From an uncultured Actinomycetota bacterium (lineage in GTDB: Bacteria; Actinomycetota; Acidimicrobiia; Spongiisociales; UBA5794), in the NCBI GenBank assembly GCA_963836085.1, contig CAWIHT010000012.1:6527-70526 (forward strand): DNA of 64,000 bases. Direction: 5' to 3'. The notes beneath the pieces were generated by a model. That model saw only the letters and a list, made by a program, of their open reading frames with translations. It was not told the origin of the DNA and made no database searches. Numbering within the stretch: the first letter of the stretch is position 1; every line of letters starts with the position of its first letter. The position numbers were made by a program, and so were the translations under genes. Of the stretch, positions 10,356-19,858 are shown one piece after another.

Positions 10356-12050
10356 CTAGAGACCGAGGAAGTTGACCGCGTCCTGGGCTGCCGCGTTCGC
10401 CTTCGCCAGCAGTTCCTCTTCCGCGACCAGCCAATTGTCGCCCGCGTCGCCGCGCAGATCCACGTAGATCTTCAGCTTCGGCTCCGTCCCGGATGGCCGG
10501 ATCAATGCTCGGCCCGCGTCGCCGAGCGACAACTCGACCAGCGGTGTCGCCGCCAGGTAGCGGGGCCGGTCTTCGGCTCCGCTCCGGTAGTCGGTGACTC
10601 CTGTGACCGGCAGACCGCCAAGCGTCTCAGGCGTCCGCTCGCTGAGCAGTCGCATGGCCGCTGCGATCTCGTCGGCTCCCTCGGCTCCCGGTCGGACGGC
10701 GCTCTTCTGCGTCGACACCCAGAGCCCGTGCCGCCGATAGAGGTCGGCGAGGCGATCCCACACCGTCTGGCCCTGCGCTCGGGCGTCTGCGACCAGCGCC
10801 GCAAACGCAACCGCCGCCGAGATCCCGTCTTTGTCCCGCACCGTCTGTCCGACGGAGTAGCCGAGCGCCTCTTCGTATCCGAACACGTACGAGCCGAGTC
10901 CTTCGGCCTCGAGGTCGAGCGCCGCGTTCCAGATCCACTTGAACCCGGTGAGGGTTCGATCGAACCCTGCCCCGTACTCCTCGGCGATCGAGGCAAGCAT
11001 GGGGGACGAGACGATGCTGTTGAACACCAGCGGTCGGTCGGTGCCGCCGCCGGCCAGCATGTAGTCGGCGAGCAGCACGCCGATCTGGTTCCCGGTGAGT
11101 TGCCGATAGCCGACACCCGGTTCCGGGATCGAGACGGCGAGTCGGTCCGTGTCCGGGTCATTGGCGATCACAAGATCGGCGTCCATCGACATGGCGAGTT
11201 CGTGCGACAGGTCCATCGCCCCGGGTTCCTCCGGGTTCGGGAACGCCACGGTCGGGAAGTGCCCGTCCGGTTCGAATTGCGCCGCAACCGGGTGGACCCG
11301 TGAGAAGCCAAAATGGTCGAGCGCGGCGACCACGTACTTGCCGCCTACGCCATGCATGGCGGCGTACACGATGCTGATATCCCGATCCCCCGTCGAGTCC
11401 GGAAGGCTCGTGGCAACGTCGAGCAGATAGTCGGCGAACAGGTCCTCGCCGATCGGCTCTGCCGCAGCGCCGACGATCTCGGCTCGCGGGACTTCGGAAG
11501 CCGGGCCAACGGCGGCGATCGCGGCGGCGATGTCCGAGTCGGTCGGCGGGACGATCTGTGCCCCGTTCTGCGCGTACACCTTGTAGCCGTTGTCGGCCGG
11601 TGGATTGTGCGAAGCGGTCACCACGACAGCGGCAACAGCGCCTGCCTTCAGCGAGGCGTACGCCACCAGCGGTGTCGGGGCAGGGTCGGCGAAGTAGCGC
11701 ACCTTGAAGCCGGCCGCGACGAGCACACCGATTGTGTCGTCCATGAACGTCGCCGACGAAAGCCGCGCATCGCGCCCGACCACGACCGGTCCGGCTTCGG
11801 TGCCGGTCGTCGAGCGAAGGTAGTCGGCCAGTCCCTTGGTTGCCCGGATGACGGTCGCGCGGTTCATCCGGTTCGAACCTGCCTCGACGCGCCCGCGCAG
11901 GCCCGCCGTCCCAAACTGAAGGGTCGCCCCCATCCGTTCGGTGAGTTCGTCGAAGTCGCCGGAGTCGACGATCCCCTGGAGTTCGGCTCGGGTGATGGGA
12001 TCGGGGTCGCCCGCGATCCACTCAGTTGCTGCGGTGGTGAGATCAGTCAT
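10356..12050 (-). CDS. Phosphoglucomutase/phosphomannomutase
   Basis: [14 protein letters not shown] phospho-Ser, DPDTDR metal loop, [15 protein letters not shown]. Confidence 0.92.
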   Translation of the reverse strand: MTDLTTAATEWIAGDPDPITRAELQGIVDSGDFDELTERMGATLQFGTAGLRGRVEAGSNRMNRATVIRATKGLADYLRSTTGTEAGPVVVGRDARLSSATFMDDTIGVLVAAGFKVRYFADPAPTPLVAYASLKAGAVAAVVVTASHNPPADNGYKVYAQNGAQIVPPTDSDIAAAIAAVGPASEVPRAEIVGAAAEPIGEDLFADYLLDVATSLPDSTGDRDISIVYAAMHGVGGKYVVAALDHFGFSRVHPVAAQFEPDGHFPTVAFPNPEEPGAMDLSHELAMSMDADLVIANDPDTDRLAVSIPEPGVGYRQLTGNQIGVLLADYMLAGGGTDRPLVFNSIVSSPMLASIAEEYGAGFDRTLTGFKWIWNAALDLEAEGLGSYVFGYEEALGYSVGQTVRDKDGISAAVAFAALVADARAQGQTVWDRLADLYRRHGLWVSTQKSAVRPGAEGADEIAAAMRLLSERTPETLGGLPVTGVTDYRSGAEDRPRYLAATPLVELSLGDAGRALIRPSGTEPKLKIYVDLRGDAGDNWLVAEEELLAKANAAAQDAVNFLGL

Positions 12051-12192
12051 AGCCGAATCGTACTGAATCCCGACCGGCCGAGCGCCGGAACGGCCTGACC
12101 GACACCGCAGCAACACTGGGACCATTGGCCCGCGGGCGCGGGTCGTCCTCCCCTGCCCCTCGCACCGGGCGGTGCGTACGATGCACCGAGCG

Positions 12193-14439
12193 ATGTCACC
12201 TCCACCCATCCGCCTCCGTCTTCGCGTCTCTGGAATCGTTCAGGGCGTCGGGTTCCGTCCGTTCATCTATGGCCTCGCAACCGAGGCTCACCTCGGCGGA
12301 TTCGTCGGCAACGACACCGACGGCGTGTTCATCGAGGTCGAAGGCGATGCGTCGGCTTTGGACCAGTTTGCTTCCGACATCGACACGCTCGCCCCGCCGG
12401 CCGCACGGGTCCAGCGAGTCGAGGCCGAGGAAGTGCCCGCCACCGGCGACACGTCGTTCGGCATCGTCGCCAGCCACCACGCCATGACCGGGACCGCACT
12501 CGTCTCTCCCGACCTCCGCACCTGTGACGACTGTCTGAAAGAGTTGCACGACCCCGATGACCGACGCCACGCCTATCCATTCATCAACTGCACCAACTGC
12601 GGGCCCCGGTTCACCATCACCGAACGCACACCGTACGACCGGCCGGACACCACAATGCGCCCATTCCCCATGTGCGAGCGGTGCCTGGCCGAATATGAGG
12701 ATCCGGCCGATCGGCGTTTCCATGCCCAGCCGAACGCGTGCCCGGATTGCGGCCCTGTCGTGGAGTCGGTGCCGGCGACGTCAGACCCGATCGGGGAGAC
12801 GCGCCGCCGCGTCACTGCCGGCGAGATCGTCGCCATCAAAGGCCTCGGTGGATTCCACCTTGCCTGCGACGCAACATCGGATGTCGCAGTCGGACTCCTT
12901 CGGGAACGAAAGGGAAGGGTCGACAAGCCATTTGCGGTGATGGTCGCCGACCTCACGACCGCCCTTGCCTTCGCTCAGATCGACGAGGACGAGGCACGCC
13001 TTCTCACATCGCAAGAGCGGCCGATCGTTCTCCTCGCACGGCGCCCCAACACGAGCCTCGCCGCGGCGGTGGCTCCTGGCAACGGCCACATCGGGATGAT
13101 GCTCCCGTACACCCCCCTTCACGACCTCCTCCTTGCACCGGGGGACGTGTGGGTGATGACCTCGGGCAACCTCGCTGAGGAGCCGATCGTCACCGGCAAC
13201 GACGAGGCCCTCGAACGCCTCTCCGGCCTCGCCGACGCGTATCTCCTCCACAACAGGGACATCTACGTGCCGTGCGACGACTCCGTCGTCCGCATCCTCG
13301 ACGGCGCCGAGTACCCGATCCGCCGCTCACGCGGCTACGCGCCGTTCCCGGTTCCGCTTCCGTTCGACGTGGCGCCGATCCTCGCGACCGGCGGAGAACT
13401 GAAGGCGACGTTCTGCCTGGCGGCGGGGCGAGATGGGTTCATGAGCCAACACATCGGCGACATGGAGAACCTCGAGACGCTCGATGCGTTCAGCCGATCC
13501 GTCGAACACTTCACCGAGTTGTTCCGAATCGAACCCGAGGCGATCGCCGCCGACCTCCACCCCGGATATCTGTCGACCAAGTGGGCGGAACGCCACCACC
13601 TGCCGGTGATCAAGGTCCAGCATCACCACGCGCATATCGCATCGGTCATGGCCGAGCACGGCATCAGTGAACCCGTGATCGGCTTCTCGTTCGATGGCAC
13701 CGGATACGGCACCGACGGGACCGTCTGGGGTGGCGAGATCCTCGTTGCCGACTACGGGCGATTCGACCGGGTCGGGCACCTCGCGCCGGTCCCCCTCGCT
13801 GGCGGCAATGCCGCCGTCCGCCATCCCTCACGCATGGCACTCGCACATCTACAGGCAGCCGGTATCCCCTGGTCGGATGATCTCGCACCGGTCCTCCACT
13901 ACACGAAGAGCGAGCGCCGGATGATCAAGACGCAGATCGAGCGCGAGATCCACACCGTTCCGACGACCAGCATGGGGCGCCTCTTCGATGCAGCCGCGGC
14001 GCTCTCCGGTGTCCGGCAGACAGCCTCATATGAGGCTCAGGCGGCCATCGAGTTCGAGGCGTTGGTCGACCGATCCGAACGGTGCTCGTACGACTTCGCG
14101 ATCACCGGCGACGCTGACCGGATCGTCCTCGAGCCAGGACCGGTCCTCCGAGCGATCGTCGACGACCTACGAGACGGTGTCTCAACCGGTGTGATCGCGG
14201 CCCGCTTCCACACCGCGGTCACGACAATGATCGTCGAGGTCGCCGAGCGGATCCGGTCTCGAACAGGCATCGCTACCGTTGGCTTGAGCGGAGGGGTATT
14301 TCAGAACGTGACAGTGACACATGCAGCCGCCATCGCCTTGAGTGGGAAGGATTTCTCCGTTCTCACCCACCGGCTTGTGCCACCCAACGACGGAGGTCTG
14401 GCGCTCGGCCAGGCCGTGATCGCGGCGACGCGGAGGTGA
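12193..14439 (+). CDS. hypF: Carbamoyltransferase HypF
   Basis: GIVQGVGFRPF acylphosphatase domain, CxxC zinc fingers, KGLGGFHL, QHHHAH, PPNDGGLALGQ. Confidence 0.95.
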   Translation: MSPPPIRLRLRVSGIVQGVGFRPFIYGLATEAHLGGFVGNDTDGVFIEVEGDASALDQFASDIDTLAPPAARVQRVEAEEVPATGDTSFGIVASHHAMTGTALVSPDLRTCDDCLKELHDPDDRRHAYPFINCTNCGPRFTITERTPYDRPDTTMRPFPMCERCLAEYEDPADRRFHAQPNACPDCGPVVESVPATSDPIGETRRRVTAGEIVAIKGLGGFHLACDATSDVAVGLLRERKGRVDKPFAVMVADLTTALAFAQIDEDEARLLTSQERPIVLLARRPNTSLAAAVAPGNGHIGMMLPYTPLHDLLLAPGDVWVMTSGNLAEEPIVTGNDEALERLSGLADAYLLHNRDIYVPCDDSVVRILDGAEYPIRRSRGYAPFPVPLPFDVAPILATGGELKATFCLAAGRDGFMSQHIGDMENLETLDAFSRSVEHFTELFRIEPEAIAADLHPGYLSTKWAERHHLPVIKVQHHHAHIASVMAEHGISEPVIGFSFDGTGYGTDGTVWGGEILVADYGRFDRVGHLAPVPLAGGNAAVRHPSRMALAHLQAAGIPWSDDLAPVLHYTKSERRMIKTQIEREIHTVPTTSMGRLFDAAAALSGVRQTASYEAQAAIEFEALVDRSERCSYDFAITGDADRIVLEPGPVLRAIVDDLRDGVSTGVIAARFHTAVTTMIVEVAERIRSRTGIATVGLSGGVFQNVTVTHAAAIALSGKDFSVLTHRLVPPNDGGLALGQAVIAATRR

Positions 14440-14445
14440 TGTGAA

Positions 14446-14736
14446 ATGTGTCTCGGCATCCCCGGGAGAGTCATAGAGATCAGCGGTGAGGGTATGACCC
14501 GCACCGGGCGAGTCGATTTCGACGGCATCGTCAAAGAGGTGAATCTCGCCTATGTGCCGGAGATCTCGATCGGCGACTACACGATCGTCCACGTCGGCTT
14601 CGCCATCACGCAACTCGACGAAGAGGCAGCACTCGCCACTCTGGCCCACCTACAGGAGCTCGAGGCCGTCGAAGTGGAACTCGATCCCACCGCGGCGCTT
14701 GCTGCAGAGGAAGCGGCGGCGAAGGGCGAGGCATGA
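14446..14736 (+). CDS. hypC: Hydrogenase maturation chaperone HypC
   Basis: MCLGIPG N-terminus; IVHVGFAI. Confidence 0.95.
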   Translation: MCLGIPGRVIEISGEGMTRTGRVDFDGIVKEVNLAYVPEISIGDYTIVHVGFAITQLDEEAALATLAHLQELEAVEVELDPTAALAAEEAAAKGEA

Positions 14737-15839
14737 AGTACCTCGATGAGTTCCGGGATCCCGACCTCGCGCTCCGTCTGATTGACGACATCTCCCGGAT
14801 CGCGACGAAGCGCCACGTCTTGATGGAGGTGTGTGGGGGACAGACGCACTCGATCATTCGCAACGGCATCGACCGCCTCCTCCCTGACCAGATCGAGATG
14901 GTTCATGGCCCCGGTTGCCCCGTCTGCGTGACGCCCCTCGAGACGATCGACAAGGCCCTCGCGATCGCGTCACGCGACGGCGTCATCTTCTGCTCGTTCG
15001 GCGACATGCTCCGGGTGCCCGGTTCCGGTCGGGATCTGTTCTCGGTCAAGAGTTCCGGTGGCGACGTCCGGATCGTCTACTCCCCGTTGGATGCGGTCCA
15101 GGTCGCGCGCGACAACCCGGACCGCGAGGTCGTCTTCTTCGGCATCGGGTTCGAGACCACGGCACCGGCCAACGCCATGGCGGTGTACCAGGCGAAGCAG
15201 GAGGGCCTGACGAACTTCTCGATGCTCGTGTCACACGTGCTGGTGCCTCCGGCGATGCGCGCCATCCTCGAATCGCCGACCAACCGGGTCGAGGCCTTCC
15301 TCGCCGCGGGCCATGTCTGCTCCGTGATGGGCTACACGGAGTACGACCCGATCGCGGAGCAGTACGGCACCCCGATCGTCGTGACCGGCTTTGAACCGCT
15401 CGATCTGCTGCAGGGCATCAAGATGGCCGTCCTGCAACTCGAAGAGGGGCGCGGCGAGGTCGAGAATGCCTACGAACGGGCCGTCAACCGGATCGGCAAC
15501 CTGCCGGCGCAAGAGATGGTTGGCGATGTGTTCAAGACCATCGACCGCAACTGGCGCGGCATCGGGATGATCCCGCAGTCCGGGTGGGCACTCGCCGACG
15601 CCTACGCCGACTTCGATGCTGCCGAACGATTCACGGTCACCGACATCGACACGGTTGAGTCGCCGCTCTGCCACGCAGGAGAGGTCCTGCGCGGCACTCT
15701 GAAGCCGGATGAGTGCCCGGCATTCGGCAAGGAGTGCACGCCGCGCACGCCGCTCGGCGCCACCATGGTGTCGGCAGAAGGGGCCTGCGCCGCCTACTAC
15801 CTGTACGGAAGATTCAAGGAACTGGAGGCGACCCCGTGA
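14733..15839 (+). CDS. hypD: Hydrogenase formation protein HypD
   Basis: [21 protein letters not shown] and C-terminal [4Fe-4S] cysteines; ATGA overlap with hypC. Confidence 0.95.
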   Translation: MKYLDEFRDPDLALRLIDDISRIATKRHVLMEVCGGQTHSIIRNGIDRLLPDQIEMVHGPGCPVCVTPLETIDKALAIASRDGVIFCSFGDMLRVPGSGRDLFSVKSSGGDVRIVYSPLDAVQVARDNPDREVVFFGIGFETTAPANAMAVYQAKQEGLTNFSMLVSHVLVPPAMRAILESPTNRVEAFLAAGHVCSVMGYTEYDPIAEQYGTPIVVTGFEPLDLLQGIKMAVLQLEEGRGEVENAYERAVNRIGNLPAQEMVGDVFKTIDRNWRGIGMIPQSGWALADAYADFDAAERFTVTDIDTVESPLCHAGEVLRGTLKPDECPAFGKECTPRTPLGATMVSAEGACAAYYLYGRFKELEATP

Positions 15840-16879
15840 CGATCGACAACTGGTCGTGCCCGATGCCACTACGCGACCAGCCGATGATCGTGATGGGTCA
15901 CGGCGGCGGCGGGCAACTCTCGGCGGAGCTGATCGAGCACCTCTTCGTGCCGGCGTTCGGTGACAGGGAACTCGCTGAACTCGCCGACGCCGCAGTCCTC
16001 GACCCTGGCGGCAAGATCTCGTTCTCGACCGACTCGTTCGTCGTCCGTCCCCGCTTCTTTCCCGGTGGCAACATCGGAGAGTTGGCGGTCAACGGCACCG
16101 TCAACGACGTCGCCATGCGCGGCGCATACCCCCGGTATCTCAGCGTTGGCCTCATCCTCGAAGAAGGCCTTCCGCTCGCCGAACTCGGTGTCATCGTCGA
16201 CTCGATGGCAGCCGCCGCGGCCCACGCGGGCGTAACGATCGTCACCGGGGACACGAAAGTCGTCGACCGCGGACACGGCGACGGCATCTACGTCAACACC
16301 ACCGGCATCGGGATCCTCCGCGACGGTGCCGACATTCGGCCACAGCGCGCAGCCCCTGGTGACGTCGTGATCGTCTCCGGCACCGTCGGCGACCACGGCA
16401 TGGCGATCATGTCGGTGCGGGAAGGCCTCGAGTTTGAGACGTCGATCGTCTCCGACACGGCAGCGTTGAATCACATGATCAACGACGTGCTCGACACCGG
16501 AGCGGACGTGCATGTGTTGCGCGATCCAACCCGGGGCGGCCTTGCTGCCTCGCTCAACGAGATCGCTCACGCCGCGAACGTCGGTGTGCTGCTCGACGAA
16601 CGCGCCATCCCCGTCGACCGCACCGTCGCTGCAGCATGCGAAATGCTCGGGATGGACCCGATGTATGTAGCGAACGAGGGCAAGGTCGTTGCGGTCGTCC
16701 CGGCGGACGACGCGGACAAGGTTCTCGAGACCATGCGGTCCCACCCCGAGGGTGTCGACGCCACCGTGGTGGGTGAAGTGACCGACACCCATCGGAAGAT
16801 GGTCGCCGCAAGGACGCCGCTCGGTGCGACCAGGGTCGTCGACATGCAGGTCGGCGAGCAATTGCCCCGCATCTGCTGA
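15836..16879 (+). CDS. hypE: Hydrogenase maturation protein HypE
   Basis: HGGGG, NGTVND, GDTKVV, RDPTRGG and C-terminal PRIC; GTGA overlap with hypD. Confidence 0.95.
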   Translation: MTIDNWSCPMPLRDQPMIVMGHGGGGQLSAELIEHLFVPAFGDRELAELADAAVLDPGGKISFSTDSFVVRPRFFPGGNIGELAVNGTVNDVAMRGAYPRYLSVGLILEEGLPLAELGVIVDSMAAAAAHAGVTIVTGDTKVVDRGHGDGIYVNTTGIGILRDGADIRPQRAAPGDVVIVSGTVGDHGMAIMSVREGLEFETSIVSDTAALNHMINDVLDTGADVHVLRDPTRGGLAASLNEIAHAANVGVLLDERAIPVDRTVAAACEMLGMDPMYVANEGKVVAVVPADDADKVLETMRSHPEGVDATVVGEVTDTHRKMVAARTPLGATRVVDMQVGEQLPRIC

Positions 16880-16885
16880 CCTCAA

Positions 16886-16944
16886 CTCCCCGTTCTTGCG
16901 TAGATAGTGGAAGCCGGCTTCCCATAGTTACGCAAGAACGGGAG
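16886..16944. repeat. Long inverted repeat (REP-like hairpin or terminator) after hypE
   Basis: CCCGTTCTTGCGTA (16889-16902) pairs with TACGCAAGAACGGG (16929-16942); internal perfect palindrome GGAAGCCGGCTTCC (16909-16922). Confidence 0.75.
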
Positions 16945-17321
16945 GGTTCCGTGATTGACTCCAGGTCCATCGGAACGCTACGGGAACATTCCCGGTCCGA
17001 GAATGGTGGGACGGATCGGGACCTCGTGGTCGATACTGCCCGGATATGGATCGGCGACAGAGCGACCGCTCGATTCCGACCGGCGCCAATCACACCGCCC
17101 GAAACCGAGGCGACCCGCGGTTCGGATCGACGTGCGCCAACCAACGGCGTCAGGCATCGCGGTGCTCACCTCGGGCGAAGCGTCGGCGGCGTCGGCGGCG
17201 AGCGGATTCGAGTTCCACCCCATGACGTCACACTCCTCGGTCTGGGGACCAATCGCTCCCCGCCTCATCACAACCCGGGTCTCCGGTGCGCCTGAATCGT
17301 GGAACGACTCGTCGATCTATG

Positions 17322-17344
17322 TGAACTACATTCATATTATACCA
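17322..17344 (-). promoter_or_regulatory. Extended -10 promoter (TGGTATAAT) with adjacent TGAA-N5-TTCA operator-like palindrome, divergent from TetR gene
   Basis: Minus strand reads TGGTATAAT at 17344-17336; TGAACTACATTCA at 17322-17334. Confidence 0.55.
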
Positions 17345-17356
17345 AGACGCCGTCGT

Positions 17357-17393
17357 GATATCTAGAGATATCTTCGATTCTACCGGGTATACT
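17357..17393 (+). promoter_or_regulatory. Leaderless TetR promoter with 7-2-7 inverted repeat
   Basis: GATATCT-AG-AGATATC at 17357-17372; TATACT at 17388-17393, 6 nt before ATG 17400. Confidence 0.6.
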
Positions 17394-17399
17394 GTCAGC

Positions 17400-17966
17400 A
17401 TGGTGAAACAACGGATTGACTCCGAAGACGTGACAGGGGCTGCGCTTGAGGTCCTTGATGCGAACGGACCGGACGAACTGACGCTCTCCAAGGTGGCAGG
17501 CGAGTTGGGCGTTCAGTCGTCCGCCCTGTACAACCACGTGCGGGGCGTCAGCGGTCTTCGTCAGAACGTCGCCGCCGCCTCGTCCGAGGCATTGACGACG
17601 TCGCTGCGTGACGCCGCTATTGCGCGGTCGGGGCGTGACGCCCTGTGGGCGGTTGGCACCGCATATCGCCAGTTCGCCGTGGACCATCCCGGCCAGTTCG
17701 CAGCGGCAACCCTCATGTTCGGCGACCCGGCGCCGGAGACCACCGAAGCCATCACCTCAATCACCGAACTGTTCGTCCGCATCGTTGACGGTCTCGGCGT
17801 AGCGGAGGATCGCATCATCGACGACGCTCGAGCGATCCACAGCGCGATCAGGGGATTCGTCATCCTTGAACTTACCCTCGGTTTCGATGCGAGCGCCGAT
17901 CTGAACAAGTCGTTTGAACATCTCCTGGAGGTCCTCCTGCGCGGTATATCACCCGACCACGCCTGA
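17400..17966 (+). CDS. TetR/AcrR family regulator (WHG-type C-terminal domain)
   Basis: HTH LTLSKVAGELGVQSSALYNHV; C-terminal AYRQFA..HPG and IHSAIRGFVILE. Confidence 0.85.
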   Translation: MVKQRIDSEDVTGAALEVLDANGPDELTLSKVAGELGVQSSALYNHVRGVSGLRQNVAAASSEALTTSLRDAAIARSGRDALWAVGTAYRQFAVDHPGQFAAATLMFGDPAPETTEAITSITELFVRIVDGLGVAEDRIIDDARAIHSAIRGFVILELTLGFDASADLNKSFEHLLEVLLRGISPDHA

Positions 17967-18017
17967 CGCGTCCGTCTCTCAGCACAACAAGCACACCATC
18001 ACCGAAAGGAACACACA

Positions 18018-19061
18018 TTGAGGATTGCATTTGTCGTCAATGACATCGCGACCGAAGAGCCCGGCTACACCACCACGCGACTCGGAATCGCAGCCACCAA
18101 CCGCGGCCACGAGGCGTGGGTGATCGGCGTCGGTGACCTGGCCTACGATCCAGACGAGCGCGTGAAGGCACGAGCCCGGCGCGTCCACCGGGCTCGGTAC
18201 ACGACCGGCCAGGCCTACCTCCGCGACCTTCAGGGCAAGAACGCCATCCAGGAGCGCGTCACCGTCGACGACCTCGACATTCTGATGCTCCGGAACGATC
18301 CGTCGACTGAGAAGGGCAAGCGGGAGTGGGCCAAGACTGCGGCCATTGACTTCGGACGGGTCGCGATGCGCCACGGCGTGATCGTGCTGAACGATCCGAA
18401 CGGTCTTGCAAAGGCTCAGAACAAGATGTACTTCCAAACGTTCCCCGAGGAAGTGCGACCCGAGACACTCATCACCCGGAACCGCGACGAGATCAAGGCA
18501 TTCGTGGCCGATCGCGGCAAATGCGTGCTGAAGCCGTTGCAGGGATCAGGAGGCGACGGCGTGTTCCTCGTCCGATCCGACGATGTCGCGAACCTGAATC
18601 AGATCATCGACGCCGTGACTCGGGACGGCTACGTGATTGCACAGGAGTACCTCACGCGAGCGGAAGAAGGCGACACCCGGCTCTTCCTCATGAACGGCCG
18701 GCCGCTGCGCCATCGCGGGCGATACGCCGCGTTCCGTCGCATCCGCACCGGGGGCGACATGCGCTCCAACGTCCACGCGGGCGGGAAACTCGGCAAGGCA
18801 CACCTCGATGACGACGCACTCCGTCTCGCCGAGATGGTCCGGCCCAAGCTGGTCCAGGACGGCATGTTCCTCGTTGGCCTCGACATCGTTGGCGACAAAC
18901 TGATGGAGATCAACGTGTTCTCTCCTGGCGGCCTCGGGTCGGCGCAGAAGCAGGAGGGCGTCAACTTCTCCGAAGCGGTGATCGACGCGCTCGAGAACAA
19001 GGTGGACTACATGACGTACTACCGGCGGAGTTTCGAGAACTCGGAGATGGCAACGCTATGA
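18018..19061 (+). CDS. Glutathione-synthetase-like ATP-grasp ligase
   Basis: GshB-like N-domain; KPLQGSGG, QEYL, RSNVHAGG, GLDIVGDKLMEINVFSP; TTG start after AAAGGA. Confidence 0.85.
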   Translation: MRIAFVVNDIATEEPGYTTTRLGIAATNRGHEAWVIGVGDLAYDPDERVKARARRVHRARYTTGQAYLRDLQGKNAIQERVTVDDLDILMLRNDPSTEKGKREWAKTAAIDFGRVAMRHGVIVLNDPNGLAKAQNKMYFQTFPEEVRPETLITRNRDEIKAFVADRGKCVLKPLQGSGGDGVFLVRSDDVANLNQIIDAVTRDGYVIAQEYLTRAEEGDTRLFLMNGRPLRHRGRYAAFRRIRTGGDMRSNVHAGGKLGKAHLDDDALRLAEMVRPKLVQDGMFLVGLDIVGDKLMEINVFSPGGLGSAQKQEGVNFSEAVIDALENKVDYMTYYRRSFENSEMATL

Positions 19062-19858
19062 CCGATACAGGTTGGACGATCACCACAGACTCAGACGATC
19101 CAATCGTTGCCACGGCGATCCACGCCGGTCACAGGCTCCGGCCGGACGTCGTCCCATTCACAGCCCTCGACGATGATGTCCGCCTCCGCGAGGAGGATCC
19201 GTTCACGAATCGGTGGCTCTCGATCTCGAAGAATCAGGTCGACGTTCGCACTTCACGATTTGAGGTCGACGTCAACCGGCCAAGAGACGGTGCCGTGTAT
19301 CTCGATTCCGATGCGGCCTGGGCCCTCGATCTTTGGACGTCCCCGCTCCCGGACGACGTGATCGAAGGATCGCTCGCCGAATACGACGCCTTCTATCAAG
19401 ACCTGGCCGCGGTCTGCGACGAGGTGGCCGCGAAACACCCCAGGTTCGTCGTCCTCGACCTCCACTCCTACAACCATCGACGAGGTGGGCCCGACGCACC
19501 GGTCGACGATCCTGAACTGAACCCAGAGGTCAATGTCGGTACCGGTACGGTGGATGGCGCGCAATGGGCCGACGTCGTCGATGCGTTCTCGACTGCGATG
19601 AGAGAAGCACCGTTTGACGGCGGCCATCTCGACGTACGCGAGAACGTTCGTTTCAAGGGCGGCTACATGAGCCGGTGGATCAACGAACGGTACGCGGGAC
19701 GCGGTTGTGCTCTAGCGATCGAAATGAAGAAGATCTTCATGGACGAGTGGACGGGCGAGGTCGACGAGGCCGTGCTCGCCACCATCGGGGACGCGCTCTC
19801 CACGGCAACGGACGCAGTTCGCGACGTCCTTGCCTCGTCACCTACCGCGGTTCGGTGA
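19058..19858 (+). CDS. N-formylglutamate amidohydrolase family protein
   Basis: AIHAGH, REEDPFT, SRFEVDVNR, DLHSY and AIE motifs; ATGA overlap with the ligase. Confidence 0.85.
   Translation: MTDTGWTITTDSDDPIVATAIHAGHRLRPDVVPFTALDDDVRLREEDPFTNRWLSISKNQVDVRTSRFEVDVNRPRDGAVYLDSDAAWALDLWTSPLPDDVIEGSLAEYDAFYQDLAAVCDEVAAKHPRFVVLDLHSYNHRRGGPDAPVDDPELNPEVNVGTGTVDGAQWADVVDAFSTAMREAPFDGGHLDVRENVRFKGGYMSRWINERYAGRGCALAIEMKKIFMDEWTGEVDEAVLATIGDALSTATDAVRDVLASSPTAVR

Noticed and set aside
16978-17223. Confident CDS call for the MGWNSNPL ORF
   Set aside because: Has an RBS but no recognisable motif or clear codon bias; kept only as a finding
18018-19061. Calling this gene canonical gshB / glutathione biosynthesis
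   Set aside because: No gshA nearby, EINVFSPG differs from the usual EINVTSPT, and the context is hydrolase/peptidase; symbol withheld
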